Shown here one piece after another: positions 1-8,659 of a stretch of DNA of 30,418 bases. A program made the position numbers and the translations under genes. Source of the DNA: a virus. Each line of letters begins with the position of its first letter. The stretch's first letter is position 1. Below the pieces are notes generated by a model. The model saw nothing but the letters and a program-made list of their open reading frames with translations. It searched no databases and was not told the DNA's origin. The DNA lies in the IMG/VR virus record IMGVR_UViG_3300033489_000513; one strand, written 5' to 3'.

Positions 1-343
1 TCAAGAAGAAAGCTCTAGTTCGAGCATTATGTTCTCGCGCCATTTCGATGAATTCTTGGCGGTTTTTGCGGGAAAGATTGCAAGCATCGAAAATACAATC
101 ATCGCAATTAGGATCTTCCAAACTTTCCTGAATTTTTATTCTAACTCTTTCCCAAACGATGGGTTCGATGGAGGAATCGAAAGAAATTCCAGATTTTGGG
201 AAATCCAACAGTTTAAAACGTATTTCATCTGAAGAAACTACAATTGTTCTCGGCTCCTTGTAAAGTTTTTGGACAAAGGTAGATTTTCCTGATGCAGGAA
301 GTCCAATCATTATTGTTAGAGTTTTTTGTTTTCGTTTTTTCAT
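1..343 (-). CDS. Polynucleotide kinase-like P-loop kinase (AAA_33/T4 Pnk kinase-domain type), 3' end runs off the window
   Basis: Not in the ORF track. Manual translation from ATG 343 gives MKKRKQKTLTIMIGLPASGKSTF...IVVSSDEIR...CIFDACNLSRKNRQEF, with Walker A GLPASGKST plus SxDxIR and DxxN..R motifs. Confidence 0.85.
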   Translation of the reverse strand, partial: MKKRKQKTLTIMIGLPASGKSTFVQKLYKEPRTIVVSSDEIRFKLLDFPKSGISFDSSIEPIVWERVRIKIQESLEDPNCDDCIFDACNLSRKNRQEFIEMAREHNARTRAFFL

Positions 344-477
344 AATATTCGCTTCTTTTTACTCTTTTTCGCTAACAACCGTCCACATATATTACAAGTG
401 GGTTGATACACGGGACGATTAAACACGTATTTAATGGATACCGCATGCCACACACACCACCACGTCTCACTTGCCAT
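340..477 (-). CDS. 45-aa putative metal-binding microprotein
   Basis: Manual translation MASETWWCVWH...PTCNICGRLLAKK. Its stop overlaps the kinase start (ATGA). Confidence 0.55.
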   Translation of the reverse strand: MASETWWCVWHAVSIKYVFNRPVYQPTCNICGRLLAKKSKKKRIL

Positions 478-507
478 AAATATCTCTCATAATTTTTTAT
501 TTCCTTT

Positions 508-654
508 TTAATTCTGATAGATTTTTCCTTTCGATTCGGTCGCTTGCTCCCAATGGGGCGTGAGCTTTTTTATTAAACACGGGCGCTCAAAATTCCGTCC
601 TTCTGGAAGGATGGCAATACATGGTGCTCCACAAACTTTACATGCATATAACAT
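508..654 (-). CDS. 48-aa Cys-rich microprotein
   Basis: MLYACKVCGAPC...; the start overlaps the upstream stop (TAATG). Confidence 0.55.
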   Translation of the reverse strand: MLYACKVCGAPCIAILPEGRNFERPCLIKKLTPHWEQATESKGKIYQN

Positions 655-767
655 TATTTTTCACATCCACAAACAGGACATTTTGATTTTTTAATATCAT
701 AATTACAATCACAATTCGAGCAACGGAAAAATTCCACTTCGATTGGGTCGATATATTGAATTTTCAT
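654..767 (-). CDS. 37-aa Zn-ribbon microprotein
   Basis: MKIQYIDPIEVEFFRCSNCDCNYDIKKSKCPVCGCEK, with two CxxC pairs. Confidence 0.6.
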   Translation of the reverse strand: MKIQYIDPIEVEFFRCSNCDCNYDIKKSKCPVCGCEK

Positions 768-940
768 AGGGGAGTCTTCTCCATTTCTTTCAAAATTGCT
801 TGCATTTCACAAAAATCTTGTAAAATTCGGTCTCTCCGCCCAGGCATATCACGAGGGAAGAATAACTCAATATCGCTCATATCAAGCGTTAATTTTCGGG
901 AAAGTTTGTTAATATGTTGTGTATTTTCGGACGTATGAAT

Positions 941-1135
941 TCACTCCGTCTTTTTATTAAGTAAATTTTGTTTACAAGACTCTGCTCGATTGAGAAGATT
1001 TTTTAAGTTATCCACAAGAATAATATTGGAATCTTTCTCTGCGAAGTTTAACAAATCTTGAATCATTCGTTTGCAATTTTCGGCATTTTCAAGTTGGGCT
1101 TGAATATTAACTATTTTTACTTCTTTTTTTAGCAA
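941..1135 (-). CDS. Hypothetical helical protein, 64 aa
   Basis: ORF track; GGAG upstream of the TTG start. Confidence 0.55.
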   Translation of the reverse strand: MLKKEVKIVNIQAQLENAENCKRMIQDLLNFAEKDSNIILVDNLKNLLNRAESCKQNLLNKKTE

Positions 1136-1216
1136 GATATCATCTCCAATTAAGAGGATCTTGTGAGAATACTCATATAAAGCTCACCCTACTTCTCACA
1201 ATATACCGTGTTTTTC

Positions 1217-1600
1217 CTAAAAATAAGACTTACTTTTACATCCAATTTGACATACTGGCCAGAAAACAATCTCGGGAACTTTATGAATTTCTTTCGCGTA
1301 TTTAATTTCCCATCGCGTTCCTGGTGATTTATTATCCCACCACGCGAGAATCTTTTTTGCAGGATCGAGGATATCTTTACTGCGGATATGCCCAGCCCCA
1401 CCCCCAAATTTATTCCATTCAGCTCTTATACTGCGGTAGGGAACTCCATGTTTTTCTGCATATCGAATCGCTAAAGAATTGGTCCCCCGTGCATCCCCCG
1501 TAATTATGAAATCTACGTTGGGATAAAAAAAGAGCATATATCGTTCAAAATATTCATATCTATCGAAATTGCGGCTCCCAATTATCGCGAGAATCTTCAT
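1217..1600 (-). CDS. SLOG-superfamily protein (DUF2493/YspA-like)
   Basis: Motifs IIGSRNF, IITGDARG, AEWNKFGGGAGHIR and AWWDNKSPGT. Confidence 0.85.
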   Translation of the reverse strand: MKILAIIGSRNFDRYEYFERYMLFFYPNVDFIITGDARGTNSLAIRYAEKHGVPYRSIRAEWNKFGGGAGHIRSKDILDPAKKILAWWDNKSPGTRWEIKYAKEIHKVPEIVFWPVCQIGCKSKSYF

Positions 1601-1818
1601 TATATTTCTTTCTCTTTTTTATTATAAAAATCTTCAAATCGTTTCCATCGCGCTTCTTCTTGTTCGGGCGTTAAATCCGCCAATTTATGGATAATTACCT
1701 TTCTACATTTCAAACATTCGTGACGGGTGGTTTTTTGCAATTTAGGATAAAACGTGACGGAGGATTGTTTACAATGTGGGCATATAGCGGTATAACGATG
1801 CATTTTATTGTTGTCCAT
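1600..1818 (-). CDS. Zn-ribbon protein, 72 aa
   Basis: CPHC...CLKC; ATG 1818 is preferred over TTG 1902; stop/start overlap with the SLOG gene. Confidence 0.65.
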   Translation of the reverse strand: MDNNKMHRYTAICPHCKQSSVTFYPKLQKTTRHECLKCRKVIIHKLADLTPEQEEARWKRFEDFYNKKEKEI

Positions 1819-2043
1819 ATGAATCACAATTGAAAGAAAGAGGGGACACCCCGCTTCCCCAACGAATAACAAATGAGGAAAGAGGGAGGAGGCGAAATCC
1901 AATGCAAATAAGAGGGGAGCGGGGGTTTAAGGTATTCCAAGATACAAACATAAATTCTTAGTCCCCACTTCCTATTGTGAGAACTTATATATAAATTTTT
2001 AGGGAACAAAAATGTTTTATAGTGAACGCTATAAAATATAATT

Positions 2044-2667
2044 ATGTTACAACAATTGTCAACCCCAACACCAAGAGATGTTGTGCGATATGTAGAAAAG
2101 GGGCCATATATCGCGGTTGTAGATGTAGAAACCGACAATAAAGAGGCTCGATTGGCGTATATTTTAGAGATTGCAATAGTTTGCCTCTCTCTCAAAACGG
2201 GAGAAATCGGAGTTGTTTATGATAGTATTGTTCGTTCGCGGGATTTTTTCCCGAAAGACAAAGATATATGGATACTTAAAAATAGTTCTCTCAAATTGTT
2301 TGATATCTATAAAGCCCCTACTTTAGAAAGTCAGAAAATCCAGATTCAGGCTATTCTCAATCAATATTATGTGACAGCGTTCAATGCGGCATATGATTTT
2401 ACGTGTTTAGAACGAGCGGGTTTTCGGATTCTCCACAAAGCTCCATGTATTATGCTCCAAGCAACGGATGTTTGTAAATTACATAGTAATTATGGATATA
2501 AGAGTTACAAGTGGCCCAAAGTAGAAGAAGCGTGGAATTTTCTATTTGGAAATCCATATAAAGAGGCTCACAGAGCATACGATGATGCTTATCATGAAGC
2601 CCAGATTTTATGGGAACTCATTCAAAGAAAAATATATGATCTATCATTTCTCACAAGAGAAACTTAA
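2044..2667 (+). CDS. DEDDh 3'-5' exonuclease (DnaQ-like)
   Basis: ExoI VVDVETD, ExoII AFNAAYDF, ExoIII HRAYDDA. Confidence 0.9.
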   Translation: MLQQLSTPTPRDVVRYVEKGPYIAVVDVETDNKEARLAYILEIAIVCLSLKTGEIGVVYDSIVRSRDFFPKDKDIWILKNSSLKLFDIYKAPTLESQKIQIQAILNQYYVTAFNAAYDFTCLERAGFRILHKAPCIMLQATDVCKLHSNYGYKSYKWPKVEEAWNFLFGNPYKEAHRAYDDAYHEAQILWELIQRKIYDLSFLTRET

Positions 2668-2781
2668 ACAATGTTCATTTTTTAGTAAATCTTTTAATAT
2701 GTGTTTTACACAAATTAATTTAAATAGTCCTTAAATAGGAAAAAAATCTAATGATGCCTCTCTTTTTTCACGGAAATATAA

Positions 2782-3816
2782 TTGCGCGATACGTTGAAGA
2801 TCGAATCCGAGGGGATAAAAATTCAAATTCCGCAACTTTTTGATCAGGACCCAAGGGAATTTCAAACTCCCCAAAAAAGTGGTAACAAAGCGAAGTTTGA
2901 CAATTCTAAATCAGATGGTAAAAATAATGATCTCGCCGAATATTATTGCTCGGAATGTGGTGGGCTGCTTTTAGAATATACTGGCGAATTGACGTGTTCT
3001 CAATGTGGACTCATATCAGGGCAAGTATATGGTCTTCCTCATACTCTTACTGGACGAAATCATCTTAACTACAAGGATTATTTCTGGGGGGAACCTCTTC
3101 AGAGCGCCAATCGTATGTTCTATTATCAGGAAGCAAAAACCCCCAAATTACGGTCTACTTTCTTCCGGATGGCAAAATTAAACCGCTTGCGGGATGACCA
3201 AGACTTGCGGGTCGGTAGTGCTTTCATATGCCTCCAAAAATTGGAAATTCAATTTCATTTTCCCTCTCTCTGGATTTATAATGCAATACATCTCACGAAA
3301 AAAGTACTCCAATCACAACCAAAACAGGAAGATATTCATTTTATTGCGGTTTGTGCGCTTTTCATCACGGCGCGTCAACATAATAACGCGATCACGAGCG
3401 TTACAATTCTCAAAGCGAGTGGAGTCCATGCCACCTTAAATCGAATGCACAAAGTTCTGGCGCAATATGCGCCCATTTGGGGTCATTTGAAGCATTGGGC
3501 TCCCACAGGTTTATTAAAAGAGAATCTCCAGAAAATAGCTGTTGCGTTTTTACCTGCTTTAAATAATCCCAAAGATATCCAAAAAGCATATGAAGAGTGT
3601 AAGGATTTATTTCTTCGCACAAGCAGGCTTCGAGGCAGCACTAATTCAATTATCGCGACAATTATTTATTTGCATTGGCAAAAATATTATTTGACCCAAA
3701 AACAAGTCGCCGAAGTTTGTGGTACAAATGATACGACTATCCGGGGAATTAAACGTCAAATACAATCACGATTAATTTTTCGTGGGGCTGGTATGTCTGA
3801 AACTTCCCGAGTCTGA
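2782..3816 (+). CDS. Transcription factor B (TFB/TFIIB)-like protein
   Basis: Zn ribbon CSECGG...GELTCSQCGLI, two cyclin-like helical regions, and a C-terminal HTH LTQKQVAEVCGTNDTTIR resembling TFB TQxEIAxxxGVTEVTIR. Confidence 0.8.
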   Translation: MRDTLKIESEGIKIQIPQLFDQDPREFQTPQKSGNKAKFDNSKSDGKNNDLAEYYCSECGGLLLEYTGELTCSQCGLISGQVYGLPHTLTGRNHLNYKDYFWGEPLQSANRMFYYQEAKTPKLRSTFFRMAKLNRLRDDQDLRVGSAFICLQKLEIQFHFPSLWIYNAIHLTKKVLQSQPKQEDIHFIAVCALFITARQHNNAITSVTILKASGVHATLNRMHKVLAQYAPIWGHLKHWAPTGLLKENLQKIAVAFLPALNNPKDIQKAYEECKDLFLRTSRLRGSTNSIIATIIYLHWQKYYLTQKQVAEVCGTNDTTIRGIKRQIQSRLIFRGAGMSETSRV

Positions 3817-4024
3817 AATTCATTCCCGAATTTTTACTGCTCTTTCTCTGACTACTAAAGAAAAAGGAATGGAACGCTTTGAAATTTGTAAATCTACACA
3901 TATCCCTTGGACCACACTCTACACTCATCTAACTGAATTGTGCGAAAAAGGAGATATAAGTTTCACTCATAGACGTATTCCCCGAAAAGGGCGACCAAAA
4001 ACAATGTGGTTTAGAGTGAGATAA
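3782..4024 (+). CDS. Winged-helix DNA-binding protein (regulator or possibly small terminase by position)
   Basis: EICKSTHIPWTTLYTHLTELCEKGDI helix-turn-helix with a KGRPK wing; the stop overlaps the terminase ATG. Confidence 0.7.
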   Translation: MGLVCLKLPESEIHSRIFTALSLTTKEKGMERFEICKSTHIPWTTLYTHLTELCEKGDISFTHRRIPRKGRPKTMWFRVR

Positions 4025-5880
4025 TGCCCAGAACTGTAACAGGAAGGAGATTGGATAAAGCGGTAAGAGCAGAAGAGGAAAAAGATTTTGATCCTTTTCC
4101 AGCTCCCACGGGATTTGATTCTCGTACATTAACGATTCGTTCACCCGAAGGAAAACGGATTCCCATATCTCATCCCGTTTTCAAAAACCCTCCTAACGAT
4201 GAAGAATGGGCTGCTTATTATTTACCTAACTCGATTTTGCCCACTAAAACTCAGGAATGGGATGAAAAAACTGGGCAGCCTCTGATCGATTCTCGCACGC
4301 GCCGGAAGGTAATGCGGGAAATTAAACCCCAGTTTTATAAAGTTCAACGAGATATCTCGGATTTTCTGGATGCTCATACGTGGGCAAAAGTGGAAATCTT
4401 TCGTGGGGCGGGGAAATCAATCGTTTCTCTCATCAAAATCCTGCGGAAAATCTGTGATAACCCTGAAGAACGCCTATTTTTTCAGTCAGAAGTGGAAGCA
4501 AAAACTGTCCAACGCATTCATTTGATTAAGATTCAATTACAAGTAAATCAAAGACTGATTAAGGATTATGGATATTTACCTTCTGACGAAAAAAGTGAAG
4601 AAGAAAAAGCAAATTTAATCTATGGAAAAGCAGGAAAGGGAAAATGGTCCCAACTCATTATTGATTTGAAACGCACATATATTGGTATTGAACCGACCAT
4701 TATGGGGTTTTCTTGGCAAAGTTCGGGAGGAGTGGGATACCATTTTACAGGGGGAATTCTCGATGATCCGTGGTCCGAGAAATCTCAAGGCGAGAAAAAT
4801 GCTTATGAAAAGTTCTGGAATTGGTGGGGTGAATTTGTCGGGAGTTTAGAACAAGTGACGTTTGTATGGGTTTTATGCACCAAGAAGGGCAAAAACGACA
4901 TCTACAAAGGAATGGATGACGAAAAACTTTTTGCCACTTACCGACAACCCCTTATCCTTGTAATGCCCAAAGAAGAGGATATTCAATATGTGGAGGATTC
5001 GGGGGGCGCGATTGTTGGGACTCGCATTCTTAACAAAGATCCCACTATTCAATATGTTTATGATGATTGTTTTGGGAAATATTCCATCGAGCGAGCTTGT
5101 CTCATTCGGAAAAGAGGCGGCAAAATCAAGTTTGAACGAGAATATAACCTGAAAATCATTCCTCCAGAAGGGAAATTCTTCCAATGGACAAATTTACGAT
5201 GGTGTAACCCCAGCGAAAATGCGTTGGATCCATATTCGCGGATTCCATATATCGATCTTGAGCGCCGGAGAATGCGATTAATCGGAATTTATGACCCGTC
5301 CTTTGGACAATCAGAACGAGCAGCTAATAATGCCCTTATAATAATGGGGGAATATCAAAATCGATATTATATCATTGATGCGTGGGTGGGGCATTGGAGC
5401 CGGCAAACACGTATAACTGCGTTTCAAGAATGCATTAAAAAATATCCAGGTCTCCCAATTTATATTGAAGAAGATTTTATGCAAGCAAAGATTGTGATAG
5501 ATCTATTAGGTTATTTTGCTAACCAGTTTACATTTCGGGGATATCGCGCACGTGGGCAAAATACTAAATATCGTGATTTTTTCGCGGGAGAAGGCGAAAA
5601 TGCAGGTAAAAAAGCGAAAATTGCGGATGCATTTGAACGACCATGGGACGGAAGCACATACTGTCTTCCAGATCTCCCTTATTTAGATGAGTTTGAAGAA
5701 GAAGTAAAAACCTTCCCTGATTGTGAACGTTTCGATATAATTGATGCCGTTGCGATGGGATTTCTCATTTTAATCAATCTCATAATTAGTTCAGAAGGAG
5801 GAGTTAGTTCTAAAAATGCAAGTCCTAACTTATTTATCCGCCCGCGCGTGATGGCAAAATTCCGCTTGGGAAATAATTAA
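4024..5880 (+). CDS. terL: Terminase large subunit
   Basis: Walker A FRGAGKS, Walker B GGILDDP, RNase H-like nuclease IGIYDPSFG, IYIEED, C-terminal FP...DIIDAVA; 618 aa. Confidence 0.88.
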   Translation: MPRTVTGRRLDKAVRAEEEKDFDPFPAPTGFDSRTLTIRSPEGKRIPISHPVFKNPPNDEEWAAYYLPNSILPTKTQEWDEKTGQPLIDSRTRRKVMREIKPQFYKVQRDISDFLDAHTWAKVEIFRGAGKSIVSLIKILRKICDNPEERLFFQSEVEAKTVQRIHLIKIQLQVNQRLIKDYGYLPSDEKSEEEKANLIYGKAGKGKWSQLIIDLKRTYIGIEPTIMGFSWQSSGGVGYHFTGGILDDPWSEKSQGEKNAYEKFWNWWGEFVGSLEQVTFVWVLCTKKGKNDIYKGMDDEKLFATYRQPLILVMPKEEDIQYVEDSGGAIVGTRILNKDPTIQYVYDDCFGKYSIERACLIRKRGGKIKFEREYNLKIIPPEGKFFQWTNLRWCNPSENALDPYSRIPYIDLERRRMRLIGIYDPSFGQSERAANNALIIMGEYQNRYYIIDAWVGHWSRQTRITAFQECIKKYPGLPIYIEEDFMQAKIVIDLLGYFANQFTFRGYRARGQNTKYRDFFAGEGENAGKKAKIADAFERPWDGSTYCLPDLPYLDEFEEEVKTFPDCERFDIIDAVAMGFLILINLIISSEGGVSSKNASPNLFIRPRVMAKFRLGNN

Positions 5881-5893
5881 TAGTTTCCTTTTA

Positions 5894-6088
5894 TTAACAC
5901 ATCATATCCGTTTCATTGCGTTTAAACAATAATTCTGGGAGATAGAAGGGATTTTTTTGGATTTGATGTCGATTTCTCTGCTTAACTCCTCTATTTAGAT
6001 GGCGCACTCTTCGTTTATAGGAACGTACTGTATATCCTGTGAAAGAATAACGGTTATCTTCTTCGGGGTGTCGTTTGGTATGAGTCAT
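5894..6088 (-). CDS. Small basic hypothetical protein, 64 aa
   Basis: ATG 6088 lies just downstream of the tRNA; the longer track start falls inside the tRNA. Confidence 0.5.
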   Translation of the reverse strand: MTHTKRHPEEDNRYSFTGYTVRSYKRRVRHLNRGVKQRNRHQIQKNPFYLPELLFKRNETDMMC

Positions 6089-6101
6089 AATTCTCACATT
6101 A

Positions 6102-6174
6102 TGGAGGCGGAGGGACTCGAACCCCCACCCAATTGGATGCAAACCAATCGCTCTGCCATTAGAGCTACGCCCCC
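6102..6174 (-). tRNA. tRNA-Ala(UGC), 73 nt, no intron, CCA not encoded
   Basis: GGGGGCG-TA-GCTC-TAATGGCA-GAGC-G-ATTGG-TTTGCAT-CCAAT-TGGGT-GGGGG-TTCGAGT-CCCTC-CGCCTCC-A. Full cloverleaf, anticodon TGC, G3:U70 alanine identity pair, A discriminator. Confidence 0.95.
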
Positions 6175-6539
6175 ACCAATATTGGTGTAGGATTATCTAA
6201 ATCTTTAGAAAAGGAAAATTTCCTCGCGAGGGTGCGGGGAAAGTGTCCAATTTGATCGTTCCAAATCGCATTACGTTTGAGTTTTTGTTTATGTTGAAAT
6301 CCACGTTCATCACGGCAGCCGCGGCATCGTCCCATACAAATTTGTTTGTGGGGACCAGGAGACCATTCCCAATCAATTTCAAATACTCTTCGTTTTTGTT
6401 GGGAATCAAAAATATAATTTATGAGAGGGAAATCAAACATCCGTTTTGCATTTCTTTCAACGTTATAAATACGTTTAGTGCGTGTCATAAGAAGCTCACA
6501 TTCTAATAATTCCTGAAAAATCTTTTTAAACTTTCCCAT
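6165..6539 (-). CDS. Basic hypothetical protein with CxxxCxxC motif
   Basis: ORF track, with probable ATG 6539; the stop codon lies inside the tRNA 5' end. Confidence 0.5.
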   Translation of the reverse strand: MGKFKKIFQELLECELLMTRTKRIYNVERNAKRMFDFPLINYIFDSQQKRRVFEIDWEWSPGPHKQICMGRCRGCRDERGFQHKQKLKRNAIWNDQIGHFPRTLARKFSFSKDLDNPTPILVGA

Positions 6540-6954
6540 CAAGCAATTCTTGCTTTTCAAGATTCAAACTTTTTATTTTTGCGTCAATTTCTATTAATCT
6601 TTCTTGTTTTCGTTTTTGCTTTCGTATTTCTCGATTCTTCTTTTCTCGTTTCAGAAGTAATTCAAGATTTAGTTCTGGTTTCAAACGGTTAGCATTTAGG
6701 AATATACCTTTGAAATTACAACATAAAGTTTGTTCATATAATTTTTGCGTTCTTTCATCAAATTTTAGATCTATATATTCGGGAGGGATTTCGAAGAGAT
6801 CACCAAAACCTCCTCCTCCCATCATCCAAACTGTGCCACATCCACAATAGAAAAGAGCTTTACCTTCACCTTCAACGAATCCATCTAAGTCGATGAGATT
6901 CCCACAAATATCACAATTTGCAATGGACATAATTTTCACTTTTCTATTTGACAA
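6526..6954 (-). CDS. Zn-finger plus coiled-coil protein
   Basis: CDICG...CGCG and a charged helical C-terminus. Confidence 0.65.
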   Translation of the reverse strand: MSNRKVKIMSIANCDICGNLIDLDGFVEGEGKALFYCGCGTVWMMGGGGFGDLFEIPPEYIDLKFDERTQKLYEQTLCCNFKGIFLNANRLKPELNLELLLKREKKNREIRKQKRKQERLIEIDAKIKSLNLEKQELLDGKV

Positions 6955-7355
6955 TTCTAAAAATTAACGTCTCTCCCATATTTAACTTCGCCACAATCTG
7001 GGCAATACCACCCACCTTTTTCATATAATGAATTGAAACAGTCTCTTTTTTCTGTCACAATTTCATCATTGAGTTTCACCAGAGGATTTCCACATTCGGG
7101 GCATCTTGGAGATAAAACCATAATCCATCACTATCATTTAAAAAGCATCCCATTCATCCAACATCTTTTTCATTTCGGGTGTAATCATTGATGGGTCATA
7201 TTTCTTTTTCGTTTTATAAATTGCATTAAGTATTGTGATATCATCAGTACTAGGATTTGCTTTCTTCATTAATTTAAACAAACGATCATCTAATATAGTA
7301 GGGTGAGATTGTTTCAATTGAGATACGGTAAGTAATTCAAGATTTAGTTCTGGTT
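6655..7355. repeat. 26-bp exact direct repeat AAGTAATTCAAGATTTAGTTCTGGTT at 6655-6680 and 7330-7355
   Basis: Read directly; both copies encode PELNLELL in two different ORFs. Confidence 0.9.
6957..7121 (-). CDS. 54-aa Zn-ribbon microprotein
   Basis: Manual translation MVLSPRCPECGNPLVK...GWYCPDCGEVKY. Confidence 0.7.
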   Translation of the reverse strand: MVLSPRCPECGNPLVKLNDEIVTEKRDCFNSLYEKGGWYCPDCGEVKYGRDVNF

Positions 7356-7383
7356 CCACGTTCGATTTACGTTTTGTTGTCAT
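7138..7383 (-). CDS. Hypothetical protein, 81 aa
   Basis: ORF track; fits the operon packing. Confidence 0.6.
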   Translation of the reverse strand: MTTKRKSNVEPELNLELLTVSQLKQSHPTILDDRLFKLMKKANPSTDDITILNAIYKTKKKYDPSMITPEMKKMLDEWDAF

Positions 7384-7390
7384 AAATTAT

Positions 7391-7966
7391 TCAAATCTTT
7401 AAACGATTCATTCTTTTGGGTTGTTTTCGATAATTTTCCTGATCTTCGATTCCTTCCATAAATTCCAGTGAAACTACTTTTCCAAAAAGTTGTTTGGGAT
7501 AGTTTTTAATTACAATACCTTCAATAGATGAGTTGGTTGCGAAAGCGGATTTGCGAGCAAGGTATTTGGGTAAATCCCTCTGAAATTCCTCTGGCGTCAT
7601 ACGAGGCCAGAGAAAGATGACGGGGATATGAGGTACCCCGAGAGGTTGTTTGATAAACGGATGTCCAAAGATTCTACCATTGATGGCATAATTCAAGAAA
7701 ACCTCGAAAGCAGGCAAGGCATCATAGAAGATGGAATGTCGCACTTTCAGGTTTTCATAAAAGGCATCTACTTTGAGAGATTTCATATCCCCCCACGAAA
7801 TCACTTCTTTTTTGTGGAGAAGTTGACCATCTATTTTCTCTTCAATCCATATTTCGCCAGTGAGTAAATCTTTCATTTCTTCTTCACTCATCATTGGGCG
7901 ATGCGTGTGAGGAATTTTGCCTATTGGAAGTCTCTTAATTTTGGCGTGATATTCGGTATCGTTCAT
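7391..7966 (-). CDS. Minimal ATP-dependent RNA-ligase-family nucleotidyltransferase (about 191 aa)
   Basis: Motif I EEKIDG, E..VRHSIFYDALP, motif IV IEGIVIK, motif V GKVV; ATG 7966 follows the upstream stop. Confidence 0.75.
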   Translation of the reverse strand: MNDTEYHAKIKRLPIGKIPHTHRPMMSEEEMKDLLTGEIWIEEKIDGQLLHKKEVISWGDMKSLKVDAFYENLKVRHSIFYDALPAFEVFLNYAINGRIFGHPFIKQPLGVPHIPVIFLWPRMTPEEFQRDLPKYLARKSAFATNSSIEGIVIKNYPKQLFGKVVSLEFMEGIEDQENYRKQPKRMNRLKI

Positions 7967-7967
7967 C

Positions 7968-8162
7968 TCATTTTTCCTCTTCAAAAGGAATTTCACCACA
8001 TTCTTTCTCATCTTCAGAGAAGACAAAGCGGGGTCGTCTAGCGCAGGACATCACATCTATGCCCATTCCATGATCTTTATATTTTTGCGTTAGTTCAAAA
8101 TGCTCCAAGAATCGCTTGAAGTCCTTCCACTTGAAGGTAATCTTGGTCTCGTCATCTTTCAA
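7968..8162 (-). CDS. Hypothetical protein, 64 aa
   Basis: ORF track; operon packing. Confidence 0.5.
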   Translation of the reverse strand: MKDDETKITFKWKDFKRFLEHFELTQKYKDHGMGIDVMSCARRPRFVFSEDEKECGEIPFEEEK

Positions 8163-8165
8163 CCT

Positions 8166-8471
8166 TCAGAGTTTTAATTGATGCCATTGGGGTTTTGGGG
8201 CAGGAAGCTGCCGCTTTTTGCAATATAATTGAAGGGCAAGTTCTTGGATTGCCAAATCATTTTCGTGTTCACGAATGATTTCGAGATCGTGTTTCAATTT
8301 TAATTCAAATTGCTGGCGTTGTTCAGGTTTCAAATCTTTTCGTTTGAGCATATCTTCGAGGTATTGTTTGCGAAATTCGGCATGCTGCCAAGCGGGGGTT
8401 TTATGACTGGGATTCAATTGGAATCTCCTCACTTGTTCTTGTAACCAATGGGAATTAAACAAATTTTTCAC
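8166..8471 (-). CDS. Hypothetical helical protein, 101 aa
   Basis: ORF track; GTGA overlap with the upstream gene. Confidence 0.6.
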   Translation of the reverse strand: MKNLFNSHWLQEQVRRFQLNPSHKTPAWQHAEFRKQYLEDMLKRKDLKPEQRQQFELKLKHDLEIIREHENDLAIQELALQLYCKKRQLPAPKPQWHQLKL

Positions 8472-8659
8472 TTTCGAGATTTATTTTGACAATTATTGCA
8501 AAGATAATCTTCCAGACTTACGAAATAAGGGGTTCCTTCCATTAGCATTGTGCGGATCCATCCCGAATGATGGAAGAATTGACCACACATCTTACAACGG
8601 GCGCGAAATCCTTTAGGAGGCGAATTTCCACCTTCGAGAGTTCCAATACGTTCATTCAT
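8468..8659 (-). CDS. Zn-finger microprotein, 63 aa
   Basis: CKMC...CNNC; ATGA overlap with pth2. Confidence 0.6.
   Translation of the reverse strand: MNERIGTLEGGNSPPKGFRARCKMCGQFFHHSGWIRTMLMEGTPYFVSLEDYLCNNCQNKSRK

Noticed and set aside
6102-6174. tRNA as a prophage attachment boundary
   Set aside because: Viral-type genes continue on both sides, and I saw no integrase or duplicated tRNA 3' end in the window.
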